DNA of 44,724 nucleotides, taken from assembly GCA_947627375.1 (NCBI GenBank), contig CANQVR010000002.1, positions 1-44,724 of the forward strand. Reading direction: 5' to 3'. The notes under the pieces were generated by a model. The model had not been told where the DNA came from, did no database searches, and saw only the letters and a program-made list of their open reading frames with translations. The position numbers and the translations under genes were made by a program. The DNA is from an uncultured Bacilli bacterium. GTDB lineage: Bacteria > Bacillota_I > Bacilli_A > RF39 > UBA660. Positions 17,475 through 26,319 of this stretch are shown piece by piece (position 1 is the stretch's first letter; every line of letters starts with the position of its first letter).

Positions 17475-18313
17475 CTACCTCACTTTCTGCTTTGCTTTCT
17501 TCTTTTTTGGTACATATGTCTCAAACATTAAATCTACTAAATTATCTATCTTTTCCATATCTATACTTTTACTCGGCTCTATTTCTTTTATAAAATAATC
17601 TTCTAAAAATACTTTAATATCGCTTTTCTCATAATCATTATTTCCTTTATATGAAAATGGCATAGTGGTAAGTACATACTCAGATATAGCTATTTCTTCC
17701 TTCTTATCTATTAACCACTTTATTGGTTTTACTTCTATCCAATATGTTTTCCCATCTATTGCTTCTCTTCCAAACCCATAATGAAACTTAGAATGCTCTT
17801 TAAAAAGAACAGACTTTTTTACTCTTATATATTTATTATTTTTATATTTATATTCTTGATATTTTTTTCTTTTTCTTTTAACATTGAAGTATAACTTTTT
17901 TTAGTTTTTTTCAATCTATCTTCTTGATATAAATTTTCAAGTTCTTCTTCCAAATCCTCTTCAACTACAAACTGAGGATATTCTCCATATTCTACTGTTC
18001 CTATTTTACTTTCTAATACCTTATTTAATTCTTCTTCAGATTTATAGATTTGAGATAATGATATTGCGGGACGAACACCAAAGCTAGTATCACTTGAACC
18101 ACCTGTAATCACATCACCGCTAGGATAAGAATAAAAAACCTCATTCGAATTACTGATATATGGGGTTTTAGTCCAACATTCTCCTCTTCCAGAATAATAT
18201 GTTCCTTTTTGAACTATATAAAAATCAGTTATTAGATTTTCTTTTCCATAGCCTTTTAAAACATCTGATTTTTCTATTTGTTTTTTCGTAAGTAGAGTTA
18301 TTTCTTCTTTCAT
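17475..18313 (-). pseudogene. Array paralog H, split by a 1-nt frameshift in an A7/T7 run
   Basis: The span is 839 nt, not a multiple of 3. The N-terminal ORF 17825..18313 derails after SYTSMLKEKEK. The other frame reads on as YQEYKYKNNKYIRVK...WIEVKPIKWLIDK...MPFSYKGNN through to the normal C-terminus, which is the track ORF 17475..17663. Confidence 0.8.
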
Positions 18314-18404
18314 ATAATTACCACACTTTCTAATTTATTTTTTTGACAAAAAGAGACTACTGAGATCTTAAATATCTAATTTCTCAAGTAGCCCCTTAAT
18401 ATTT

Positions 18405-19136
18405 TTATCTAGAAGACCAGCTTTGAGGTAAATTAACAACAGTTTGAGCTCCTCTAAATCCCTCTCTAAAACGTCTTCTTAAATAATTGTAATAACCTGA
18501 AATAGATGAACAATTATTATCACTTGGTGAAAACAATGCACAGTCTGCTACTTCTAAATGTAAATGAACTCCTGTTGCATTACCTGTTTGTCCCATAAAT
18601 CCAAGTGGTGTATCTTTAGTAACTGTCATTCCACTTTTAATACCTCTAGCAAAAGCACTTAAATGTACATACATAGAAGTATAATCTTGTCCATTAATAT
18701 TATGATTAACTGTTACAATAAGTGCCCCAGCATTATCATAAAAAATACCTGAAATAACTCCATCAGCAATTGGATAAATTACTTCTCTCGTCCCAAGTGG
18801 ACTAGTTATATCATAACCAAAATGAAAATCACGATCTCTAAATCCCATCGAATTAGAAATATATCCATTATTAGTAGGATTATACCAATTTCTCACAGGA
18901 ACAACCTCTACAGGTACTTCTTCTACTGGTTTTTCTTCTACTTTTTTCTCAGTTGATTCTTTTATTTGATTTAAATTAATTTTAGCAGTCTCATAATCTT
19001 TACTACTAATATTATCGGTATAAAATAATATTTTTTTACTCTCTTTCTTAACGCTCTTTCCTTGAAGTTCTACTCCACTTCCTATCAAGATAAAAGAAAG
19101 ACCTATCAAGATAAATAACAACACGACTTTTTTCAT
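18405..19136 (-). CDS. Secreted/membrane-anchored M23 (LytM-type) peptidoglycan endopeptidase
   Basis: Start set at MKKVVLLFILIG. Has HFGYDITSPLG and GNATGVHLHLEV metal-ligand motifs. Confidence 0.8.
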   Translation of the reverse strand: MKKVVLLFILIGLSFILIGSGVELQGKSVKKESKKILFYTDNISSKDYETAKINLNQIKESTEKKVEEKPVEEVPVEVVPVRNWYNPTNNGYISNSMGFRDRDFHFGYDITSPLGTREVIYPIADGVISGIFYDNAGALIVTVNHNINGQDYTSMYVHLSAFARGIKSGMTVTKDTPLGFMGQTGNATGVHLHLEVADCALFSPSDNNCSSISGYYNYLRRRFREGFRGAQTVVNLPQSWSSR

Positions 19137-19197
19137 TATCAACCACTTCCCAAAAGTCAAAAATCGCTTGTTATTATAACAAAAAAGATATAAAATG

Positions 19198-21045
19198 TCA
19201 AAATCTATATCTCATATTAATCTCTTTTACAAATTGTTTATCTTTATCTTCTTTTTTATTTAATACTTCTACTAAATGTGGTAACTCTTCTTCATAACGA
19301 TAAACATCTTTATCTGTTCCCAAATGATGACAATAAAGATCTATCCCTCTTTGAACTACAATATCCGCTCTACGTCTTAAAGGAGATGAAGCATGAGTAT
19401 AATAAATTTTTTTATTATGTAAAAGATAAGTCCCTTCTAATGCGTAACTTGCACCTTCTTCATAGTTTAACATTCTATTAATAATTCTTTGTCTTTTTGG
19501 ATCATTTCCATTTTTATAACTATCGACAAAGTCTTTAGTCATCTTTATAATCTTTTGATCTTCTTCTTTTATTTTTTGTCTTACTCTATAAACTGTCTCA
19601 TAATTATTTTCATGAAAGAATTTAGCAATTTCTTCATTATTAAGAAGCATACATGACATAACAATACTCTCGGCATTAACATTCTTACTAAAATTATATC
19701 TTTTTCTAATTATTTTAAAAACATCTCTTAAATTATTAATTGTCTCTAAAAGTTTCTTATCATTACATCCATACTTCAAATATAAATCAACTTCATTATA
19801 AGATAGTTTTCTTCTATTATTAATAATTGTCTTTAGAAAACGTTTATTTAATATTTCTCCATCAGGTGCTATATTTAAATATAAAGATTGAGCAAATCTA
19901 GGAACTTGTTCACAAAGAGAAGCAATTTTACTAGAAAATTCATATGGAAACATTTTTAAATTATTAACATCATAATCATAGATATTTTCTCCTCCATATA
20001 AAGCATTTTGGACAATTTCAGAATAGAAATCAAAATAACTAGTAACTGCCGCAATATGAATACCAACTTCATAGCCTCCATTATCAAGTTTCTTAACCGA
20101 TAAAGCATCATCTACTCTTTCAGTATTAACAGAATCAATCGAAATAACATAATCATCTCTAAGACAATTTATATTAGATTGTGAAAATATCAAATCATTG
20201 TGCATAACATTAAATATCTTTTGATCAAATTCTTCTTCATAATCAGTTTTATCTAAAACAATATCTTTTTGATCATCAAAACACAAACTAGTTTCTAAAA
20301 ATTCAAGTACTTTCTTTTTTAAAGTAAAATTTGGGTTATTAGGATCAAGTTTATTTACAGTATCTAATAATTTATAAACACATTCAGATTTTTCATCTTC
20401 TCTAAAACGAAAACTTTTATTCTTAATAATAACACTTATAACTTTAGTATAATAATCTATTAGATCTTCATCGAATTCTTTACTATCACTACAAGCATTT
20501 AAATATTTCATAACGGTACTATACATTAAAGTATGATTTTTTAAATTAACAAGATTAACCGCTTCTGGAAAGTGATAAAAAATATTCTTTAAAAAATAAA
20601 TATTCTTAACATTAAATGCAATATGATTAATAAATTTATAATTACTAATATTATCATCTTTAAAATTATTTATAATATCTACAAGTTCATCTGTATTATG
20701 AATAATTCTTTTAAGATTTTTTTTATCATTTACTGTTAATTTACTATTACTTAAGATATTTTCTATTTTAATAGAAAATTTCTCAAGTTTTTCTTCTACT
20801 TTTTTCTGATCAATATTTTTATCATTATAAGAAATATCAGTTATTAGATTCAATCCTTTATTAATCATTATAATAGAATCATTTGTTTTATTAATTCTTA
20901 AATCTTGAAAGTTTTTAAGTTGTAGGTACATACTTTCTAAAATTAAATCTATAATAAAGTTACCATCATTATCATAAAGATTATATAAATTATTAACTGT
21001 CATGTTAGAATCTAATATTGATTTTTTTAGATTAACATTTTTCAT
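19198..21045 (-). CDS. RNB-domain (RNase II/R family) exoribonuclease-like protein with a novel N-terminal half and no S1 domain
   Basis: RNB motif I SIDSVNTERVDDALSV and motif IV HASSPLRRRADIVVQRG. The start is 1 nt after the dnaI stop (TAG T ATG). Confidence 0.7.
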   Translation of the reverse strand: MKNVNLKKSILDSNMTVNNLYNLYDNDGNFIIDLILESMYLQLKNFQDLRINKTNDSIIMINKGLNLITDISYNDKNIDQKKVEEKLEKFSIKIENILSNSKLTVNDKKNLKRIIHNTDELVDIINNFKDDNISNYKFINHIAFNVKNIYFLKNIFYHFPEAVNLVNLKNHTLMYSTVMKYLNACSDSKEFDEDLIDYYTKVISVIIKNKSFRFREDEKSECVYKLLDTVNKLDPNNPNFTLKKKVLEFLETSLCFDDQKDIVLDKTDYEEEFDQKIFNVMHNDLIFSQSNINCLRDDYVISIDSVNTERVDDALSVKKLDNGGYEVGIHIAAVTSYFDFYSEIVQNALYGGENIYDYDVNNLKMFPYEFSSKIASLCEQVPRFAQSLYLNIAPDGEILNKRFLKTIINNRRKLSYNEVDLYLKYGCNDKKLLETINNLRDVFKIIRKRYNFSKNVNAESIVMSCMLLNNEEIAKFFHENNYETVYRVRQKIKEEDQKIIKMTKDFVDSYKNGNDPKRQRIINRMLNYEEGASYALEGTYLLHNKKIYYTHASSPLRRRADIVVQRGIDLYCHHLGTDKDVYRYEEELPHLVEVLNKKEDKDKQFVKEINMRYRF

Positions 21046-21046
21046 A

Positions 21047-21964
21047 CTACTTTCTCCTATTTTTACTTACTAATTCCATTTCTTGAGTTAGTTGTTTAAT
21101 TCTTTCGACAATACGTCTTGCTTTAACTTTAGAAACTCCCCCTGGAATATTAGATAAGTTATTTTCTAGCTCATCAAGTGTTAAATTAGAAGTAAAAAAG
21201 GTTGGTAAATCCTCTTCCATTCTATATTGTAAAATAGGTCCGAGAACTTCATCTCTAGACCATACTGTTGCATTCTCTGCACCAATATCATCAAGAAGTA
21301 AAAGTGGTACTTTTTTAATATAATTAAATTTTTCTTCGTAAGATGATCCTGTTCCAAAAGAAGATTTTAAACTTCTTAAAAATTCTGGATAATAAACAAA
21401 AGCACTGACTACTCCATTATGTGCCATCTCGTTAAATAAAGACGCAATTAAGTAAGTCTTTCCACTACCAAATGATCCCGTCAAGTATAAACCTTTTGGA
21501 TTATCTCCTTTTTTATATTGATCCATAAAAGTTTTAAAATATTTAATAATAGGAAGTCTTTTTTTATCATCTTTATAAATATTCTTAAAAGAGGCATCAG
21601 CAATTTCTTTAGAAATATCAAAAAAGCCTAAGTTTTCTTTATACTTATTTCTTTCTTCATTTCTTACTGTTTTAGAGCAAGCAACATAACTAAAATCAAG
21701 TCTTTCACCTACAGTTTTAGGCATCAAAAAGTAACCTGAAATTTTATTCTTACAAAAAACACTATTTCGACATTTCTGACAGTTCTTACTTTCTTTAAAA
21801 CATTCTTCTAATCTGGAAGTATACTTCATTAATATTTCATCTTTAACATTTAACTTTTCGACAAATTCATAAAACTCTTTATCACTACAAGCTTCATGAA
21901 ATGATTTTTCTAACGCACGGGTATTCAAGGTATTATTTTCAATAACTTTATCTATCATTTTCAT
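21047..21964 (-). CDS. dnaI: Primosomal helicase loader DnaI
   Basis: 305 aa. N-terminal Cys-rich zinc module (CQKCRN..C), Walker A GSFGSGKTYL and Walker B LLLLDDIGAE. Confidence 0.85.
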   Translation of the reverse strand: MKMIDKVIENNTLNTRALEKSFHEACSDKEFYEFVEKLNVKDEILMKYTSRLEECFKESKNCQKCRNSVFCKNKISGYFLMPKTVGERLDFSYVACSKTVRNEERNKYKENLGFFDISKEIADASFKNIYKDDKKRLPIIKYFKTFMDQYKKGDNPKGLYLTGSFGSGKTYLIASLFNEMAHNGVVSAFVYYPEFLRSLKSSFGTGSSYEEKFNYIKKVPLLLLDDIGAENATVWSRDEVLGPILQYRMEEDLPTFFTSNLTLDELENNLSNIPGGVSKVKARRIVERIKQLTQEMELVSKNRRK

Positions 21965-22036
21965 ACCTAAACACCTCTTTTCATACTTATAATAATATTA
22001 TATATAAAAGGAGAAATCAATTGAATTTACTATAAG

Positions 22037-24130
22037 CTAATCTAGTGAAAAAGATATTTCTAATGTTTTTAAATCTATATTTATCGAGTTTTTATCAATT
22101 GTCGATAAATATGGAATAGAAAGCTTCTTAAGTCTTTTTAAAACAACTTCATGAGGATGATTAAATTTATTATCACGACCAGCTGAAATAACTGCTAAAG
22201 AGGGGGTTACTTCTTTTAAAAATTTTAGACTACTACTTGTTTTACTACCATGATGTCCCAGTTTAATAATATCAACTTTACCAATATCAAAAGTATCAAG
22301 TATTACTTCTTCACTTTTCACAGTAGCATCTCCCATCATTAAAACTGATGTTGCAAAACACTTGATATATAAAACTAAACTACTATCGTTTTCATTAGAA
22401 TTATTTTTATTTAAAGAGACAATAGAAAATTCTCCTAAATTAAAACTATCTCCTTGTTTTAATTTTTTAACTGGATGTTTTTTATTTATTTTTTTCTCTA
22501 AATTATTCATATTTCCCATATTTATATAAATTTTATCTATAGAAAAATTATCAATCAATTCTAGTGCTTCTCCTAAATGATCATAATCTCCATGAGTTAA
22601 AACTAAAACATCAAGTTTTTTAATACCTAAAGATTTAAGATATGGAATAGTTCTAGTTTTAACCAGTGAATAATTATTTTTTCTCTTCTGCCACTTTTCA
22701 TAATTAAAACTCATAATCCCACCAGTATCTATCAGCATTGCTTTCCCATTTGAATAAAACAAACTACTATCCCCTTGACCTACATCAATAAAAGTTACAA
22801 AAGAGCTTTTAAAAATATTCAGATAGTTATAATGAAAAACTAAAACAAAGATCAGAAAAGTCCAAAGTATCTTATTTTTAAAACGTATTACTAAAACGAT
22901 AAAGATAAATAACATTATATAATAAATTATATTAAATCTAGGAAATATCAATATTCCAAAATTAATATGTTTTAAAAATATAGTTGACTTTTCTAATATC
23001 TTAATAAATATTATTAAAATATTATCTAATACTGGAAATATATAAGTAATTAAAGATAAAGGAAATAAAATTATAGTGACAAAAGGAACATAAAACATAT
23101 TATAGATAATACTCATAAAATTAATTTGATAAAAAGAATATAAACTAATCGGAATACTTATTAAAAACGAAAGAGATGACGTGATAAATAGTTTAGTTAA
23201 ATAATATTTAAAACTATTTAATAAAGATGAAAAATAAATTAAAGCAAAACTGATCCCAAATGAATATAAAAATCCTACATCATATATAAAATATGGAGAT
23301 ATTAAAAGAGAAATAGCAAGTGTTAAGATAAATATATTTAAAGGTTTTATATAAAAATAATATATTTTGTTAAGAGAAAATAAAAAGAAAAATATCACTG
23401 CCCTTAAAATAGAAGCATTAAATCCTACTAAGATCAGATAAAAAGAAAGAAAAGACATTACTATAAAGTATCGCTTTTCTTCTCTTACTTTTAGTTTTTT
23501 TAAAAGACTGAGTAATAATCCACTTAAAAAAGTAATATGCATACCACTGATAGCAAATAAATGAGAAATACCTAAGAATTGATAATTCTCTTTTACATCT
23601 TTTTTTAGATCATTTTTATCTCCTAGTAAAAATGTCTTAATATAAGGAGCAGACTTCAACTTCTTAACACGATTATAAAAACTATTTTTAATCTTATAAT
23701 AGATATTTTCTTTTCTATTAATTATTTTATATTTACTAAGAGATACGATAAAGAATGTATCTTCTTTATATAAATAATCTTTATAAGAAAAACCATTAAA
23801 AACTGTATTCTTATCAGGAACATTAAATTCTCCAAAACATTTTATTTCAACACCTAATTTAATATTTTTTAAAAAATTATTTTTCTCTTTTAAAGTTTTA
23901 AAATAATAATTACCGATAACTTTCTCTTTATTTGAAACAATTAAAGTAAGTTTATTACCATCTACTTGATATTCTTCTAAAACACCAGCAAAAACTTTAG
24001 AATTCTTATTATAGATACTTTCTTTTGGTAATTGTAATCTAAAAATAGTAATAATTGCTACTATCAATAAAATTATTAAATAAGGATAATTACAAAGTAA
24101 GACGGTCCTTAATTTTAGCAAACACGGCAT
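22037..24130 (-). CDS. comEC: DNA internalization competence protein ComEC/Rec2
   Basis: Polytopic competence domain plus a C-terminal metallo-beta-lactamase domain (FIDVGQGDS, LTHGDYDHLGE, GHHGS). The start is uncertain because the track ORF overlaps comEA by 41 nt. Confidence 0.85.
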   Translation of the reverse strand: MPCLLKLRTVLLCNYPYLIILLIVAIITIFRLQLPKESIYNKNSKVFAGVLEEYQVDGNKLTLIVSNKEKVIGNYYFKTLKEKNNFLKNIKLGVEIKCFGEFNVPDKNTVFNGFSYKDYLYKEDTFFIVSLSKYKIINRKENIYYKIKNSFYNRVKKLKSAPYIKTFLLGDKNDLKKDVKENYQFLGISHLFAISGMHITFLSGLLLSLLKKLKVREEKRYFIVMSFLSFYLILVGFNASILRAVIFFFLFSLNKIYYFYIKPLNIFILTLAISLLISPYFIYDVGFLYSFGISFALIYFSSLLNSFKYYLTKLFITSSLSFLISIPISLYSFYQINFMSIIYNMFYVPFVTIILFPLSLITYIFPVLDNILIIFIKILEKSTIFLKHINFGILIFPRFNIIYYIMLFIFIVLVIRFKNKILWTFLIFVLVFHYNYLNIFKSSFVTFIDVGQGDSSLFYSNGKAMLIDTGGIMSFNYEKWQKRKNNYSLVKTRTIPYLKSLGIKKLDVLVLTHGDYDHLGEALELIDNFSIDKIYINMGNMNNLEKKINKKHPVKKLKQGDSFNLGEFSIVSLNKNNSNENDSSLVLYIKCFATSVLMMGDATVKSEEVILDTFDIGKVDIIKLGHHGSKTSSSLKFLKEVTPSLAVISAGRDNKFNHPHEVVLKRLKKLSIPYLSTIDKNSINIDLKTLEISFSLD

Positions 24131-24806
24131 CTCCTATTCCTTTAACATTTTTAACTTCTTCGATACTTTTAAAGCCTCCATTACTATTTCGATAATTAAT
24201 TATATCTAAAGCCTTCGCCTCACCTATTCCTGTTAAACTCATCAACTCTTCTTTTGTAGCGTTATTAAGCGACACACTAGAAGTCGTATTACTTGTTTTA
24301 CTTTGAGTACTATCACTATTTTGTTCACTATCGATACAAGCATCATTTTTTAATTGATATTCTTCACTGAACTGACATCCTTCTATAGCTGCTTTTTCTT
24401 TCTCTTTAGTCGCCACAAAATTTTGAACTTCCCACTTACTATAAATGATAATAACCATCTCATCACTTATTTTTTTACTTAAATTAATAACTGAAGTATC
24501 GGCCTTGTCAGTAAGACCTCCAGCCATTTCGACAACATCTTTTACTCTCTTGCCATCTTCTACTAAATATGTTCCAGGAGCCAAAACTTCACCTTTGATA
24601 TCGACATATAAATCTCCTCCGGCATCTTTTTCATCCTTTTTAAACAAACTACTCTTAGTATCTTTTTTTACAATACTCATCTTCTTTTTTTCTTCCTTTT
24701 TACCACTAAAGTTCTTCTGGATAATAAAACCTCCTAAAACTAAAAGGATTGCTGCGACAAAAGAGCAAGCAATAATTTGTTTTTTATAACGATATTTAAA
24801 TGTCAT
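24090..24806 (-). CDS. comEA: Competence protein ComEA (SLBB + helix-hairpin-helix DNA receptor)
   Basis: N-terminal TM helix, SLBB segment YVDIKGEVLAPGTYLV, and C-terminal tandem HhH LTGIGEAKALDIINYR...VKGIGDAVFAKIKD. Confidence 0.85.
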   Translation of the reverse strand: MTFKYRYKKQIIACSFVAAILLVLGGFIIQKNFSGKKEEKKKMSIVKKDTKSSLFKKDEKDAGGDLYVDIKGEVLAPGTYLVEDGKRVKDVVEMAGGLTDKADTSVINLSKKISDEMVIIIYSKWEVQNFVATKEKEKAAIEGCQFSEEYQLKNDACIDSEQNSDSTQSKTSNTTSSVSLNNATKEELMSLTGIGEAKALDIINYRNSNGGFKSIEEVKNVKGIGDAVFAKIKDRLTL

Positions 24807-24832
24807 TTTCCCACCTCCACTTATATCATTAT

Positions 24833-24860
24833 AGAAAAAAAGAAAGTTTTCACACTTTCT
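24833..24860 (-). terminator. Rho-independent terminator after the SEDS gene
   Basis: Minus strand AGAAAGT-GTGAAA-ACTTTCT followed by a T-run, starting right after the stop codon. Confidence 0.55.
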
Positions 24861-24861
24861 T

Positions 24862-26019
24862 TTACTTTTTTTTGATTTTTTTTCTTTTTTTCACATTTCC
24901 TCTAACTCCTGTCTCGACGCTTACCCGTTGGACAAAAGTCAAAGCCGCAATCAAACACCACGTAAAACTTCCTCCATAACTCATAAATGGAAGTGGTACT
25001 CCTGTCATAGGCATTAGTCCAAAAAGACCCATCAAATTAACTGCGATATGACAGAATATATAAACCGCAACTCCATAACAGATCATCGCTCCCCGATTAG
25101 TATAACTTCTCTTACCTATTACCAAAATCCGCATGAGTACTAAAATATAAAATATTATAATCGCAATACCAGTAACAAGTCCCAACTCTTCTATAATAAC
25201 TGCGAAAATAAAGTCAGTATAAGGTTCCGGTAAATACAAATATTTTTGCGTTGAATTACCAAGTCCTACACCCGTAAGTCCCCCATTATTAATCGCAATA
25301 TAACCATTACAAACTTGTGAACCGGTAGTAAATAATCTATCACACGGTCTCGTAAAATTAAATCTTTCCATCTGTCTTGCTTGAAAAATATTTTTTCCAC
25401 TGGCAACAAGTGCGAATGCTAGTAACATTCCTAAGATTGCAGCACAAAAACAAGTTTCTACTTTTATCTTTCTAGGTACAGGAGATGCCAAAAATATAGC
25501 GGCAACTATAAACATAAAGATAATCGCAGTTCCAAGATCAGGTTGCATTAAAATAAGTAAAGTAAGTCCGGCGGCAATCGCAATCGGAATAATACTAACT
25601 ACAAAACTTTTTAATTTTTTCTCATTAACTTCATAATACCTAGCCATCCAAACTATAAAAATAACTTTCAGAAACTCACTAGGTTGAAAACTAAAAAATC
25701 CAAAATCAAACCAACTTACAGCTTGGTTTTGAGCTTCTCCCATAATTAACAAAATAATCAAAGAGCCTCCAATTACAAAAAGTAAAAGCCAGGAGACTAT
25801 CCCATATAATTTTGTATTAAAATTAACCATAAATAAAAATATAATAAAACCTGTTACCAAAATAAAGGCTTGTTTAATAAAATAATTATAAGGACTTACT
25901 GCATGAGACATATAAGCAGTAACATTGCTGGAAGAAAAAACCATCACTAAACCAACTATAAATAATAGTAAAGTCATAAAAAATAATGGTTTATCGAGAT
26001 ACTTAATTACCTTCTTCAC
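24862..26019 (-). CDS. SEDS-family peptidoglycan glycosyltransferase (FtsW/RodA/SpoVE)
   Basis: 385 aa, about 10 TM helices. Contains QPSEFLK, PEPYTDFIFAVIIEELG and PFMSYGGS motifs. Confidence 0.85.
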   Translation of the reverse strand: MKKVIKYLDKPLFFMTLLLFIVGLVMVFSSSNVTAYMSHAVSPYNYFIKQAFILVTGFIIFLFMVNFNTKLYGIVSWLLLFVIGGSLIILLIMGEAQNQAVSWFDFGFFSFQPSEFLKVIFIVWMARYYEVNEKKLKSFVVSIIPIAIAAGLTLLILMQPDLGTAIIFMFIVAAIFLASPVPRKIKVETCFCAAILGMLLAFALVASGKNIFQARQMERFNFTRPCDRLFTTGSQVCNGYIAINNGGLTGVGLGNSTQKYLYLPEPYTDFIFAVIIEELGLVTGIAIIIFYILVLMRILVIGKRSYTNRGAMICYGVAVYIFCHIAVNLMGLFGLMPMTGVPLPFMSYGGSFTWCLIAALTFVQRVSVETGVRGNVKKRKKIKKK

Positions 26020-26157
26020 TCTACCACATCCCTATTCTATAACAATTTTATCATATTTGTGAAGTTTTACAAAGAAAAATGTAAATTAGGCAAGTTATAT
26101 TAACACATTTTAGACAAATTCATATCTTATAGTAGATTAGAAAAGGAGGCATAAGTT

Positions 26158-26319
26158 ATGTATTACTATGGTGGCGGATCTTGTGGCTGCGGTAACCAAG
26201 GTGGATACCAACCATATTATCCTGCATACGGATATCAAAACAATAGTTCTGTATATGCAATAATTTTAGTATTATTTATCTTACTTGTAATCGTGATAGG
26301 AACTAGATGGGCAAACTAA
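26158..26319 (+). CDS. Tiny YjcZ-like sporulation/membrane peptide (53 aa)
   Basis: Below the ORF-track cutoff. AAAGGAGG RBS 8 nt upstream. Sequence MYYYGGGSCGCGNQGGYQPYYPAYGYQNNSSVYAIILVLFILLVIVIGTRWAN has a Gly/Tyr/Cys-rich head plus the VLFILLVIV helix typical of the YjcZ tiny-TM family. A terminator hairpin follows at about 26343..26378. Confidence 0.55.
   Translation: MYYYGGGSCGCGNQGGYQPYYPAYGYQNNSSVYAIILVLFILLVIVIGTRWAN

Larger units (their letters stand above)
11636..18313 (-). repeat. Tandem array of eight paralogous genes (A-H), about 835-bp period
   Basis: ORFs of 825-834 nt separated by exactly 4 nt. Each junction reads AAA GTG AGG TAG TTAT ATG or a close variant. Conserved protein blocks: ITLLT, YWTKTP, GVRPVI, EYGEYP, YQEY.YQNNKY, YWLKVEPI.WLIDK, MPFSY, FIKEI, KIDNL.DLMF. 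Confidence 0.95.

Noticed and set aside
11636-18313. Possibility that the regular roughly 835-bp repeat is a CRISPR array, satellite or IS cluster
   Set aside because: The units are full-length coding genes with RBS-containing junctions. There are no short direct repeats with unique spacers, no terminal inverted repeats and no transposase.
11636-18313. Array as a polymorphic-toxin immunity-gene cluster
   Set aside because: Tandem immunity paralogs normally follow a toxin gene with a variable C-terminal domain. None is present upstream, where there are only an M23 peptidase and an RNB protein. The variation is confined to one templated-looking loop. A distant toxin would reopen the idea, so it is not fully excluded.
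18355-18392. Hairpin after the M23 gene as a strong terminator isolating the array, and TTGTCA at about 18339..18344 as an array promoter
   Set aside because: The stem has a bulge and an 18-nt loop, so it is at best a weak terminator. No acceptable -10 hexamer follows the TTGTCA at proper spacing, so I do not call a promoter.
24445-24789. 114-aa plus-strand ORF inside comEA, and similar antisense ORFs at 7505..7720, 11796..11993, 19278..19481, 28043..28273, 30166..30357, 32578..32808, 33876..34097, 34933..35181 and 43834..44055
   Set aside because: All overlap better-supported genes on the opposite strand, lack RBSs and have low-complexity translations typical of AT-rich shadow frames.
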